Part shown: in pieces, positions 38,939-52,265 of the stretch
Layout: the number at the start of each line of letters is the position of its first letter
Numbering within the stretch: position 1 is the stretch's first letter
Source: Magallana gigas
Taxonomy: Eukaryota
Length of the DNA stretch: 64,000 nt
Reading direction: 5' to 3'
NCBI RefSeq assembly: GCF_963853765.1
Contig: NC_088860.1
Location: 19,406,001 to 19,470,000, forward strand
Translations under genes and position numbers: made by a program
Notes under the pieces: model-generated
What the model was told of the DNA's origin: nothing
The model's input: the letters and a program-made list of their open reading frames with translations, nothing else
Database searches by the model: none

Positions 38939-38979
38939 CTGCTCTTTACGCCAGTGTGACAAACATCATGAAAAAAAGA

Positions 38980-39103
38980 CATTGTCATGTATTGGACCCC
39001 TTTGCCTACAACAATCGAAAATCTCATCGATTCAAACATACAGGCCTCGGTGTAAACTGATTTGCTTCTATCATTCATAGAAGTCTGTGTTTGTTGCTGT
39101 TTT
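38980..39103 (-). pseudogene. Orphan remnant of CYP exon 9 (K-helix exon)
   Basis: The translation SMNDRSKSVYTEACMFESMRFSIVVGKGVQYMTM aligns by eye to exon 9 (SMKDRSKLDYTEACLFESMRLSNVLGLGVPHMTI). No flanking CYP exons were found. Confidence 0.8.
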
Positions 39104-39582
39104 CTTAAATAAAATACTTCTAAAAATACTTTGTTCGGTTGGGCAAAAACAAAAGAAAACATCACTATTAAATTGCAAGCTTTGAATATTTGATCGAATA
39201 CGATCATATAGAAAAGGATTTTAACGTATTTATTTATGGAATATTCTATAAAAATCGATCGTTGCTAGAAACTGAAATTATAAAGAGAAGTATATTTAAA
39301 ATGAATTGTTGAACTTGTAATTTTTAAACAGTTGTTCCAACAAAATGAGCTTAAAGTACATTTATCTATTCCAGACAGTGTAGGTCGTTATAGTGTTTTT
39401 CAAATTAAGTTGAAGTTATATAACCAAAAAAGGATCCGTTTGCAGATCATTGGAAAGAAATATAATGAAAGACGCTAGAAACACATTTCTTTTGAAAAAA
39501 TTGCATATGTAATAATCATCATCATCCTACATCGTGCAAATAATGTACACGCACAATTTAACTAGTCCATAACCATGTTTGA

Positions 39583-42500
39583 TCATCCAGATCTTTCTTT
39601 AACCACGATTTTGTAATCAGGTGGCATTTCCATACCAAATCCCTTCATATGACACTCTAAATTCGGCTTCACGCCCTCTGGGAGACTTATTTCAAATCGC
39701 TGTAGAAGATTGGCACATATCAGTAGGATGTCTGATTTGGCCAAAGATTCTCCCAAACAAACTCGGCGTCCGACAGAAAAGGGAAGCCAACTGTCTGGTT
39801 TGGTGGGTTTCATTTTGCCGTTTTCATCGAGAAAGCGATGTGGGTCAAATTGTTCTGGGTCCTTCCATTGTTTAGGGTCATGGTGAAGCGCCCAGTAATT
39901 GATAAGTACAGTGGTGCCTTTTGGAACATCGTATCCCCCTGAATCAGAATAGAAAATGCTTTATTGCGTGTTTTGAAATTTCAAAGTATTGCGATTAATT
40001 TTAGTTGAAAATTTAAAAATGAAATTCACATTATTAGAATACAAACATCATTATTTCGAAAGATCCCTTTATTAAAAAAAATTCGAAATGTTGATCATGA
40101 AAACTAGAAAACTGACCAGTCAGGAAGGGCCCCGCTATGACAATCAATATGGAGAAGTGAAAAAAACTTTGAATTCCATACTCTTTATATATATATATTA
40201 ACAATGATCAAAAATAAATGCCCGGCATAAGATTTAAAGAACTGCAATATATAGGATCTCATGATTTGTAGTTGGATATGATTTTCATCCAACAATTAAA
40301 GTGTTAAACTGAGGGGTAAAAATATAAGGGTGCAGCTCATGGAATGAGAGTTTAATTTGATTACATTTAAAAAAAAATTCAAAATTATAAGTAACAACTG
40401 TATTTTTAAAATTTCAAGATAATTCCTGAATGTCCAAAAACTCTAAATAGTAACCTTGTATCTGCATAAAACAGGGATAACCTCATGTCTTATAAAAAAA
40501 ACTAAATTAAATGTGTATTTAAAAAAGATTTAAACAGGTGTTTTATAAAATGCAAGCCTTCAGTGAATGCAAATACATTGTATCACCCAGGGTTGACCTC
40601 AACTTCAAAACAAACATCAGTTGCAGACAAAGGTGTTCATTAATCTTCATATGACAGATAGAGATAAGCCTCTAAATTTTCTGCAGCAGGCAAGATAATT
40701 AATCCCAGGGGAGTAATTGTTCTGCTCTCTTATCCTTTTCTTCTAAATTTACAATAAGATTTTGATTTTAGAATTCAATAAAATTATCATAAATCATTGT
40801 GTACGGTATATTAACCAAAATAAAGTATGAATATTATATTTTAAATCCATATTTCAAAGAATGTACACACTACACATCATTCAAAATTGACCTTAACTTC
40901 AAAACAAAGTTCATTTGCAGACACAGGCAGTGCAGTAATTAATCTCAATGTGACAGATAAAGATAAAGCTTAGGATTTTCTTCCTGTGGAAGGTTAATAA
41001 TCCCAAAGGACAAATATTGCACAGCCTTCCAAGTATACAATGGTAACATTCTCAGCAGTTATCTCTCTTTGCCCATTCATTCTTATGCATAGTTAAGGAA
41101 TCTACTCCACCACCCCAGCTCCAAATCAAAAGACATAGAGAACCAAACTTAGCACCAAAATATTTATTTCTGTCTACTGAACTACCATACCAAATTTGAA
41201 CTTGATTGGGCAACCATAAAAAAAGTTATTAGAAAAAAACAGAAAATTTGTGGACGGAAAAGTGACAGACGGCAGACAGAAGGACGGACAGACAGAGTGA
41301 TTACTATAGGGCACCCGCAAATCCTTGCGGGTCCCTAATTAACAGATATGCCTGCATAATTAATCAAAATTGATTCCAGATCTTAGATAAATCGATACAT
41401 GAAAAAAATAATAGAATTTCAATGTAAAAGAATAATTTTATTCTCACCAACTTGTGAATCACAGACTGTCATGTGTGGAATCCCAAAACCAACAGAATTT
41501 GAAATTCGCATCGTCTCAAATATACAGGCCTCGGTGTAATCTAAATTGCCTCTGTCCTTCATTGAAAGTTGCTTCGATCCTACAGAATTTTACAAAGTTT
41601 TATAATACTGTTTATGTGTTACATAATTTATTTTCAATTCTATAATTTTATATGTAATGTCATGATAAAAGAGTAAATTTTAACATTATACCACAATTGA
41701 AGAATCTAAAAATTTGGTGATTTTTATATCATAATTTTCTGAAGCACTGATTTTTTCAATCAAAAGATATTCACAATATGAAAGCACAGCGTTTGTTCTG
41801 TGGTGGAAAGTAACGGAAATGCCGAAATTATTCAAACTTCTATAAGATGACAAGAAATAGTAACAAACATGTACTACATGTAATAACTTATTACATTCTT
41901 TGACATGTAATACTCCTTCAATGTCTTACACTATATACATGTATGCCTATCATATATGCATATAGATGCAGATATATTACAATATGTATACATTACCGAC
42001 AACAGATTCTACCGGTACCTCAATTTTTTTTAGAGGTCCGTTTTCTCTCTGCTCCTGTTTTATGGTTTTCATTTGGACTTTTGATTTTGAAAATTGTCCG
42101 TTTTCACCACATGTCATGATAAATAATTTATACAATATCTTGAAATTTTTTTTTATAAAATGTAACTTATTTTTTTCACTGCAATGTAATCAAAAAACCC
42201 CTTCAGTCTTTTAGATTATGTATATTCAATGTGTATTATAACTATTATTTACCAACAACTCTGTCAATTTCCTCCTGACATTTTGCTTGGGTTTCCGGAA
42301 ATCGTGTCATGAAATAAACGAACCAGTCAATAAGGAAACGAGTAGTGTCTGCCCCCGCTATAGAAAACAATTAAAAGATAGATCAAGTATAAGTTATGAA
42401 AAAATCCTTCTAAAGAAAACTCCTTAAACAAAGATTAAAAATAATCAAACAACGAACCAAAGAAGATATTAGATATTGTCTGAACCAGGTGCGTGTCATC

Positions 42501-45500
42501 CAAGATCTCCAGGGCCGCCTCATCGCCCTCATCCTTCGCTTCCTGTTTGGCGATAAACATGCTGTCTGTAAAGTCCCTGTTGACTCCTGTAATTGATAGT
42601 GAAATCTTCATGCAGAGTCTCGTGTGGATGTATATGTAAATATGATATATTTTCACTCAGGCCAATGGAAGTTAAATCTAATTTTTTTAAATATATATTC
42701 TTAATTATATTATTTATACACATACAGGTACATTTCGGTTGTTTTTTTTTTTTGTTTTTTTTTTTTTGGGGGGGGGGGGGGGGTTAAGGATTGGGGTTTG
42801 GAGAGGGATTAAGAAATGTGGTAAAGACTTGTGATTTATCACCTGGCTGGAAAGTTTCTTTGTGTTCTTTCAAATTCTTCCGGAGAACGTTCAGCACTTC
42901 TTCTGTCAACACAAGCATTTTCTTCCATTTAGCCGTCGTAAAAATGTGTCTCAGATAGGGAAATACGTCTTCAAAGAAACCCGAACCAAATTTCTCCAGC
43001 AGGTCATTGTCTAATTTAATAAATCTTTTCACCTCTGGGTCATCTACAGGACGTCTTATGGAAATTAAGAATATATAAAAAGGTTATAATTTTGTCTATT
43101 TTTTTTTCCTTTATAAAATCATTATATATATGATTTCAGTTCATGGACCTTTTAACACAATTGACTTTAAAGTAAATAAAAACATTCTTTTACCGACGTG
43201 AAAATTCTTCATAATTTGAAGAAAGATATTTTCAAAATAATATCTATAATTTTTCTTCGCTCTCTTTTCTGCTTGGTAAAAGTTATGCAAGTTAACTTGC
43301 TTAAACAGGCCAGATTATCTCAAACGATGGAAAGAAATATATTGGCGAGAGGCATGTGGAAAATTGATTTATCTCAATGTTAAACATCCTTTTGCATTTA
43401 AGTATTTTAACCATTTTAATCAATACAGATAAAGACATGAAGTATGTTCTACAGGAGCTTAATTTATCTGTTACGTTGGATAATTTCTGGACTAACGTTG
43501 TAATTATATTAAATATTAAAAACACATTTTTATATTACATTTTACAAGGTATTCGAGTAAAATGCCAATATGCTAAAATGACAATATTATAAGTTGATAT
43601 TGTATTATACTAAATTCTTGGATCGACTATTTGGTCGTTTGTTATTTATGCAGTCACTGTCATCCAGTTCTATTTTTTTTCACCAAAAATATAAATAAAA
43701 TAAAAAGTTTAATTTTTTCTGTTTGTGTCGAAGCAAAAGGTTTTAGGAGTCTTACTTTTCTCCAAAACATATTGTGTACAGTTGATGAAAAATTATCAGA
43801 TCCATGTATTCTTTGAAAACGAACGGTCCTTTCTCTTCGGCCATCTTGTCCAAAAATTTATTCATATTGTCTTGAATCATGTTTTCCAATAAATCCCCTT
43901 GAAGATAATTCCTAAAAATTGATTGTAGTTGAATAAAGTAAACGTAGTAATCATTTTCACTTCAATATTCATGATAGGAAAAAAGTAACGGTGCAACTGA
44001 CCTTAGGGCCTTTCCGACTATTTTCCTATGTAATTTCCAGGAAGCTGAATAATTAGCCAGGGTTATATCCTTTCCTCCTTCCGTAAACACATCACCTGAA
44101 ATGACAGTTTTGACATTTGTTTTATACTATTTACATTGGCTTTAAAGAATATTTTTTAAAAAGTCACAAGTTATAGCACAATTCCACCCTTTCTCTGATA
44201 TATTTGCTTTTTGAATAATTATTTTTACCCCAATATTTCATGATTGCATGCTGTGATGTTATTTTTTAACTAAAAAGAGTAATGCGCTAAATTCCAATGT
44301 ATTCAATTAGCAATTAAAATCAAAATTAAAGATTATAGAGAAGATAATATTTCCTGTGCATTTCTCTAAAGGATGGTGTGAAATACAATCCCCAGTAATT
44401 TTTTTTTTTAGGAATTTCTCTTTATCTTGCAGGTACTTAATTTTTGATATGTTTACTCATATAGAATCCTATTTCTATTCAAAAGAACCAAACATATGGG
44501 AGATATGAATCATTATTTATGGTAAAGATAAACTGTTTACATTAATCTTAGTAGATGTTCTGCTCCGGTCATTAAAATTCTAGTACACATGTGTGTCACG
44601 TGACATAGATTTCAGTGGGTGCAAAATCAATTATCATTTCAGAGCATAAAACTCATTAATATTTGTAACTCAAATAAACTATCTAAAAATTTAAAACTAA
44701 TATAAGCAAAAATTAAACATCCCACACGTAACCTTAGTTCTTTTTTTATAATGTACAAAAAATTAGTATACGCAAGCCTGAAGTGTGACTTAAAATTGTC
44801 TTAAGATTTCTACAATATAACTTTTAAGATTGCCTCGTGAAACAGAAGTGATAAATCTTATGACTACCATAAATCAGATCTTATGACAATCTTAAGATAC
44901 TAGTATGTCTTATTATAGGTCTTACGATAGTTTTGTAAAAACCAGCCCTGGATACAAAATTTAAGCACGCCTCGACAAGCAAACCAAACTGTAACGCTGT
45001 TAGTAAAACGATAATAAATCCTTCATATACATATCGATTATTCTACCAAGATCCAACCATTCTATTCATTTTCATTCACTGAAAGGACAAGTTCACAAAC
45101 CAGAACGAAATTCACTGTTACAGGGTGTGCAAAATCATTGATAATGTGTCAACCTTAACATTAAAAAACTATCCAAGCTACAAACACAAATCAGAATATG
45201 TCACATTTATTCACTCTTTTCTTTAAAATAATCGAAAGCTTGGTAGATCTCCTATACTTAATTGCATAAAAGGGGCTGTTTTCATTTGTTAAGGGATATC
45301 ATCCTTTACCCGAAGTTTAGTTGTACGTGTATGTCGTAAAAGTACCATATGTAATTTCTTACGTAAACTTATATAGCAAAAGATAATCTATAAAAAAAGG
45401 GGGGGTCTTTCTTTTTTCATTCATGATACAACTGTCACGTACCTGATGTAATCTGTGGTCTTCCAGCAAAATCGGTCTTTTTCGTTACCATTGCTTCCAG

Positions 45501-46074
45501 CACAGAGTTGATGTCATTAAGAACAACCCAGGTTTGGGGACCTTTCCAATAAATGTAAAGAATACATTTGTAATTCCTAGATTTTATCAATGTTAATCCA
45601 TTTGTGAAACAATTCATAATCAAAGGTGTGTGTAGGTGTGTGCGTTCGAGTGTGCTTTTTTGTGAGTGTTTGAATTTTATACACACCAACAGACAGCCGG
45701 ATTATAGGACCGTATTCCTTTGCAAGCGCTGCGGTTTTTAAGTGAAACTCAGGCGATGAATAAACTATAGGAAATAAAATAATATTTTAACGCTTGCTTG
45801 TTATTCATAATTCTAAACGTCCTATATTTTATGTACAAATAAAACGGTACATGGAGCTTATAATAGTTAACATTGAGATTTATTTTGGAAAGCAAAACTT
45901 GTTATCTCTCTGAGTGAAATTAAACACATCGTTACTCTTATAATGCCCAATAAGTGGGATACACCATGGTCCAGGTGGCAGACGATACCGCATCCGTTTG
46001 ATGACGTAGTACACAAAAAGACCAATGCTCATTCCCGCCAAAATGGTCTGAATGTTGATGGACAACTTCAACAT
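39583..46074 (-). CDS. CYP356A1: Cytochrome P450, CYP356A / CYP17A1-like, copy 2, intact (499 aa)
   Basis: Minus-strand exons 46074-45936, 45764-45687, 45541-45443, 44095-44002, 43911-43756, 43054-42843, 42586-42458, 42357-42253, 41579-41448 and 39938-39583 have the same lengths as copy 1, and all introns are GT-AG. Motifs: AGADTT, ETMR, FSVGRRVCLG. Confidence 0.92.
40102..41340 (+). mobile_element. Non-autonomous Helentron (HINE)-like element in intron 9 of CYP copy 2
   Basis: The 5' subterminal AGGGCCCCGC is complementary to the 3' GCGGGTCCCT. There is a GACAGACGG-type microsatellite and a terminal hairpin (AGGGCACCCGCA...TGCGGGTCCCT). Two internal related blocks lie at ~40590 and ~40890. 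The site is empty in copies 1 and 3. Confidence 0.7.
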
Positions 46075-47173
46075 GATTGGCTACTTTAATCCCTCTTTTG
46101 TGTGTTATTCTACAAGGAAAAAAACCAAACTCATTTTAGTAAGAAATACATGCATTTTCGTATAAATTACCTTAGCTGGATAAATTTTAGTTTTCAAACA
46201 CATTTGATGGGTCATAAAGATTTATATAGGAGATGCTTTAAACGGGAAGTGTATGAAATCGGACCATAAAATGATTACTGGTTTTATAAGACTTAAACCA
46301 TGATATGGTTGTTAGCAGTGTAAATCAATTGTACTTTCTTAAAGGTCATCCAACCCTCAGTCCCAAAGTACTTTTTTTCATCATTAAAATGTTATTCGTG
46401 CTTAACTTTTATAAATGAAATAAAGAAAGGAAAATAATTGATTGTATCCATGCATTTTTCAAAGTTTGCCCACGGTGGATAAAATGAATGAATATACAAG
46501 TTGAGATCAATTTTTTTTTAAAAAGTAGTATAGGTGGCTTTACCTATAATTATGTAGTAGATCTTAGTGAATCCATTAAGACAAGCCTGTCATTGAATAC
46601 CTGATCATAAGATTAAAACTAGAAGACTAATTAATTAAAGTTGTTTGTATGAAAGGCAGATTAATGGTACGAATGAAAAATATATCCGGATAATTTAGAG
46701 TTATTGAACATGGCTGAGGATCGGAATTCGTTCAAATTTTGGTTGATTATGTGCTCTTTGTAACGTTCAACCCAACTAATATTTAATACTCATATCTATT
46801 GATAAAAAATAAATACTGTAATACAGTGTACTATAATTTCTGAAGAGAAAATATTTCTTTTTTCAATCAAGCATGTCGTATGAATGTTTGTTAATATCTG
46901 AATCAATTATATATTCTATATATTAAGCAGGTTATAAAATAATTGTCTATTGTGATCGGAACCTTTTTATATGAACTTTAAATTGAGCAAACACATGTAA
47001 CTTTCTCTATGTATCATCTACAACGATTGCTTTACGCTTTTTTTTCCCATTAGCCATTGCTTTTTTGCATTGAAGAATGTTTTCTTGCACTGAACAATTC
47101 GTTTTCGCACTGAACATTGCTTTTTGCATTGCACAATGCTTTAATCACATTGGTCAATATTTCATGAGCTTAA

Positions 47174-48622
47174 AGCACAGGGGCATCGTATCCGCTCTAC
47201 ACTCTATGACATATATAAATAATACACAAGGGAAGAATCGATTATCGAAAGTAGGACACGATTTGTAAAAAATGTCAAAAAACAACTTACTTGACAAAAG
47301 TTACGCAAATCCTCCCACACAATGTTGCAAATGTTGTCAAAAAACACGTTCACATTGAAATATTCCTAATAAAAAGCGTTTTTATCTCATTAAAACCGCT
47401 GTCCGCTGCAGACATTCAATCTCTTCGCCCAAGAAAAGATAACTCTGTACTTTTTCTCTATATATGCTCAGTGATGATAGTAGAAATTTCGGCGGTAAAC
47501 TGTTAAATGTGTGGGGAAATGTTCGTCTTATGTACCTACATAATAACATTCGTTCCGATATATTTGGCATGTACTTTAATTACCGTAATTAAAATGCAAT
47601 TGTTTAAAAACAAATATATTTCCTATCATTTAATCTTTTGTAGAAATGTAAATATACTAGTAATTTGATATTGACAATTAAAACAATGCTGAGATTCTTA
47701 GGCAATGACAATTAATTTTGAAGAAATGGGTTGCAAAGACAATTAATGAATTATGAGTATTTTCATTATTGAATAAAAAAATAGTTAAAAAAATTATATG
47801 TCAACACCAAAGTAGTTTTTCATTTACATTTCTGAGAAGAAGAAAAAATATTTAAAATTAAATACTGTTTCAACACCTTTTCATCATCATTAATTGTTCA
47901 TTCTAAAATTACTAAATATTTTTCTTCACTAAATTTAAACCATGCAAGTCTCTTTCTTCTAAATCAAATGGTCTTGCTCTCGTGGTCAGTATAAAGTAAT
48001 TGCAGTAGCAGGTCGAACAATTCATTGTTCTCAAATTTCCTATCATTATCTTTAACACCACAAATATATACACCATAAATATATACATTGTGACAGCAGA
48101 TCTACATTATATAAAAAAAATATGCATATATTTTGACATTTTAAACTGAATTCTACTTATCTATTTTAAAATAAGATTGTCCATCATTCAAAATTCACCC
48201 CTACCCCCGATGCAAGTTCGGATCTGCAGATGTATGAAATTATTTCTTTGTTTTGTTATTGATGTTTCGCGGAATTTTACAATACATGTATATCATTACT
48301 GAACATAGAGAGTCCCGAGAGATTTCGGATGGCGAAAGTACAGAGTTATCTTTTCTTGGGCGCAGAGATTGAATGTCTGCAGCAGACAGCGGTTTTAATG
48401 AGATAAAAACGCTTTTTATCGAGTTTATTAGGAATATTTCAATGTGAACGTGTTTTGTGACCACACTTGCAACATTGTGTGGGAGGATTTGCGTAACTTT
48501 TGTCAAGTAAGTTGTTTTTTGACAATGTTTACAAATCGTGTCCTACTTTCGATTTTTCCCTTGTGTATAATTTATATACATGTATGTCATAGAGTGTAGA
48601 GCGGGTTCGATGCCCCTGTGCT
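47174..48622. mobile_element. Kolobok-like non-autonomous element with ~300-bp TIRs, in the 5'UTR intron of CYP copy 2
   Basis: TTAA|AGCACAGGGGCATCG...CGATGCCCCTGTGCT|TTAA, with TTAA at 47170-47173 and 48623-48626. The arms give mirror-image pseudo-ORFs in the track (47291+ and 48506-). Confidence 0.85.
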
Positions 48623-48755
48623 TTAAAGCTTGATTGTTTTCTCGTATATTTATACAGAGTTTTTCTGTTAGAAGAGATCAATGTAGTATAAAATTGTCAC
48701 GATTTTCTCGCCATATTGAAGGCAAAACACATAACACGAGTTTGTGTGTACCTAC

Positions 48756-48932
48756 CTTATCTCTATATGAAACTTTGCCTACAAGTTCCCTTTTCACAAG
48801 GCCTCAAAAACAGTCGAGAGAAGACTGGCAATGCCTGTCTGATATGCGCGATAGACCTTTTGCTGAAAGTGCATGCGCAGAATAAATCTAGAGCACTAAC
48901 CTAATTTAGCTGAAATCGAGTGCACCAACAGA
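48756..48932 (-). promoter_or_regulatory. Putative promoter and non-coding first exon of CYP copy 2
   Basis: GTGCATGCGCAGAATAAATCTAG (from 48869), GTGCACCAACAG and the donor GATAAG|GTAGGT (48756/48755) match the copy 1 layout. The TATA-like box is replaced by CAGCAAAAG. Confidence 0.6.
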
Positions 48933-50189
48933 TGATGAAAAATATTCAGAGTTTGTGTGTAACATTACAGACACGTAGCATCGTTTTTAAAAGTGGGGGG
49001 CCAGACACGTCCAAATAAAAATCTTGACAAGCATAAACAAAAAACCCAACTTTCCAAAATCTTCAATATCCTAATGCTTGATTGGGGGGGGGGGTGGGGG
49101 GGGGGGGAGCTGGCGTAGTATATCTATAACTTCAATTTCACTCTTAATTTCCTTATTTTCATTCCTACTCCAACCCCCAAAATAGCTAACGTTTTTTGTA
49201 ATTGATATATGGACAGTATATCTTTATAACCTACGATGTATGTACCTGTAGATGCATTAATATTGAATGCAAATAATACTGAAAATCGAAGCCGATTAAA
49301 CTCACTGCTACTAATGCACAATCATAAACGTAATTTGTGAATCTCTTTTTAAAGTGAAGATTATGACGTTATTGATACATGGTTTTTAACTACAAGAATG
49401 ATGACACATTAGAGTTTAGACAAGTCTGCAATTCAAACTGAATTGATAAATACTTTCTAAATACTGGATACAGAAAGTGTAACATCATAATACATGTACA
49501 TGCATAGAATACATTATATCGCGCTAAATTACAAAGCATCGCGAAATGATTGAAAACAAAGAAACATTAATTTTGTTTTATTACCCCTAAAATTTATTTT
49601 AATTGAAATGCTCAATGACAAAGAGCGACAAAGGTCAGAAAATTGGTTGTAAACATCAGTATGACAACTTGTAAATTTACACCGACCAAGTAAATTCAAA
49701 ATTTTCAATATGATAAAAGTAATAAAATAACATATATTCTGGACTACCTAATTACTTAAAATGCTATATTGATTATTCTATTGAGCACATTACACAAGTC
49801 GTGTACTTCAACCAAAATAATACCGAGTAAGTCCGCTTTAAATTAAACATTTGTACATGTATTACTAGTATGTGGATGAAACATTTTTTGACACTTAATA
49901 ACACTCTTTGCGCTAGTGTTCCAGAAAATAGTAAACACTTCACCATTTTTTGGTTTTCCGTTTAATGTTTTATCTATTTTTATAATTTAATTTCGATATT
50001 ATATTTTTTGTCCGGTAAATTTTTGAAGAAAAAGGAATATTATTTAAAAATTATCACCTTTGTGTGAAACAAGAGTTTATCAAATCTTAAATATTTTTAA
50101 ATAAAAATTATTACAATTGCCAGTTCCTATAAAATTGTTCTTATTTTCACATGCTACATACACCTGTACATATAAAAAGTAATAGAAAA

Positions 50190-50367
50190 AAATTTATGCA
50201 TGTGCAGAGCTGCGTTGTCAAGGACTTGTGTTAAAGCTATAGTCTAAAGTTTACGCCTCTAGTTACGCCGCTTTATGAAATGCAAAATACGCCCGACTAA
50301 GCTTCGATGTAAGTCCTCGGACTAGACTAAAGTTAGGCCAAAAATTTTAGCTCCATGAAACGAGCCC
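50190..50367. mobile_element. Terminal fragment of a diverged Harbinger-like element related to 35119-38938
   Basis: It ends ...ATGAAACGAGCCC followed by CAG. It shares GCGTTGTCAAGGAC and GGACTA/GTTACGCC motifs with the dimer termini. Confidence 0.55.
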
Positions 50368-51612
50368 CAGAAGGCTAAATCGATATTCGAAATCTGAAAT
50401 ACGATATCGAAATTCAATATCAATGTATTGTTTATACATATAGACAAATTTGTGTTAGTTTAATAAAGGCTTCCTTCCTTTGTAGTTCGCATTTTATTAG
50501 ACTTCTAACATTCAAGTTTTAGTGATTCAATCAAAATACACAAGTAAACCATTTCATACATAAAATTTATTAATCTCATTTGTTTAGGTCCGTTTTTTAA
50601 AACACTTAAAATCATATTTGATATTATAAACAACAATTTAAATATTGGATTTTTAGGTATCTATAACTACACGTACAAATGCAACCGTGTCTTGATCTAT
50701 CTACTTATCCTTATAGTCCAACTTTACTTTGGTAGCCAAATTACTTCCCTGACACTTACCAAGATACTAGTAATCGAATGCAACTGAAGTTAACTTTAAA
50801 GTGACGTAGATTCTCTTTATAATCACCAATTACATATGCAGAGATTTAAGAACATATGATAGGTGGAGAGAAATATTTTCACGGATTTTCTTGGTTCTCA
50901 AAACTGTATGTCTTCGAAGAGCATGACTGATTGCATTACCATTTGAGAGAAGATACAGTCTCAAAAATCTAGTACATTGTAGTAGTTTGAGATATGGGAA
51001 GTGTCGGATTTGCTATGAATTATTTACATTTGATTTGCATGTAAAATAAACTACCATTTCAGTCGATTTCTAATTTCCAATTCGATGAAAATCGGGAAAA
51101 GTTACAGCAGAATTTTTTTTTTTTTATACAATTTATAAATACATGTATTACTGTATCCGAAAACAAACTACGATGATAAGTTAAAACATAATTCTAAAGT
51201 GTATTGTAACTAACAGCATTTAACACATAATTATTCAAATCAAAAATGTAAAGGGACGACACTCGCCGTCTCAGATTTATAGGGGGTCGATTTAAACAAC
51301 ATTTATTTAGAATTGAGGATTATTTACTTGACCCACCGAACTCTGGCGAATTTTAGGTTGTAAATAACTGATCTATTTACTTTGTCACCGGCAGTTTTTT
51401 TCTTTCAAATTGCATTTTTCCAAAAGAGAACTCGCTTTTCTTTTGATTTAGCCATTTATTAACTTCATCTACATCTGCATTACTAAAAACATCTACATTT
51501 TCCATGAGGAAAGGTTTGGTGGGATCTGCCTTAGATGAGTTGAAATATACAGGAATTTTTAAATTGCTGAATGATGGTATTCCTATCATGATGTAGGCTT
51601 TGAGGAGTGTGT

Positions 51613-51616
<4 letters not shown>

Positions 51617-51683
<67 letters not shown>
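51617..51683. repeat. (AT)n microsatellite
   Basis: A direct AT dinucleotide run. Confidence 0.97.
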
Positions 51684-51688
<5 letters not shown>

Positions 51689-51917
51689 CCAAGGTAGAAG
51701 TTGCATAAATACAGGCATGTTAAAATCCTCAGATTGCAGGAGTACATGTTCATCAGATATAATTGGTTAGAAATTTTTGTTAAAGGGTAAAACCATTGAT
51801 ATCGCTTGGCTTTTATATGGACAGTCTCTAAATATTTATGTGTAAATTGTAGAGTTGTTGTGTTCGGTATGAATTATTTTACATTTGAATTACAAGTAAG
51901 ATAACTACCATTTCGTT

Positions 51918-52265
51918 TTATTATACTTTCATGTTAAATACTGAAATCTGATTGGTTAACAGGCAGTTGATAATCAGTTTAATTACCCTCGGCGTTAGCA
52001 ACACAACGGGTAACACAAGGAATTGTTACATGCGCGTACGGTTCGCCGTAGAATTCACGTCATTTCTATATAAAAGCAGTAAAAAATCTCTAAAATTAAG
52101 ACATTCAGTATAATACAATAAATAGTGCCTCTTTGGGAGGATAACAGTTGAAATTGACACCCCTCAAAAAAAATATTGTCAACCTCCGCTTCGCGTCGTT
52201 TGATAATGGTTTCCTCGGGGTGTCAATTGCAACTGTTACCCTCCCAAACAGGCACTGTTTATATA
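51918..52265 (-). mobile_element. Non-autonomous element with a one-sided hairpin (52124-52256)
   Basis: Arms AGTGCCTCTTTGGGAGGATAACAGTTGAAATTGACACCCC and GGGGTGTCAATTGCAACTGTTACCCTCCCAAACAGGCACT surround a CTCCGCTTCGCGTC loop. The architecture matches 59256-59766 in the opposite orientation. Confidence 0.55.

Noticed and set aside
44810-44950. Possible further Harbinger-like terminus (…GTAAAAACCAGCCCTG)
   Set aside because: It is too degenerate and I could not find a matching opposite end, so it is not listed as a feature.
47291-48506. Twin ORFs MTKVTQILPH… on opposite strands
   Set aside because: They are mirror translations of the two TIR arms of the TTAA element.
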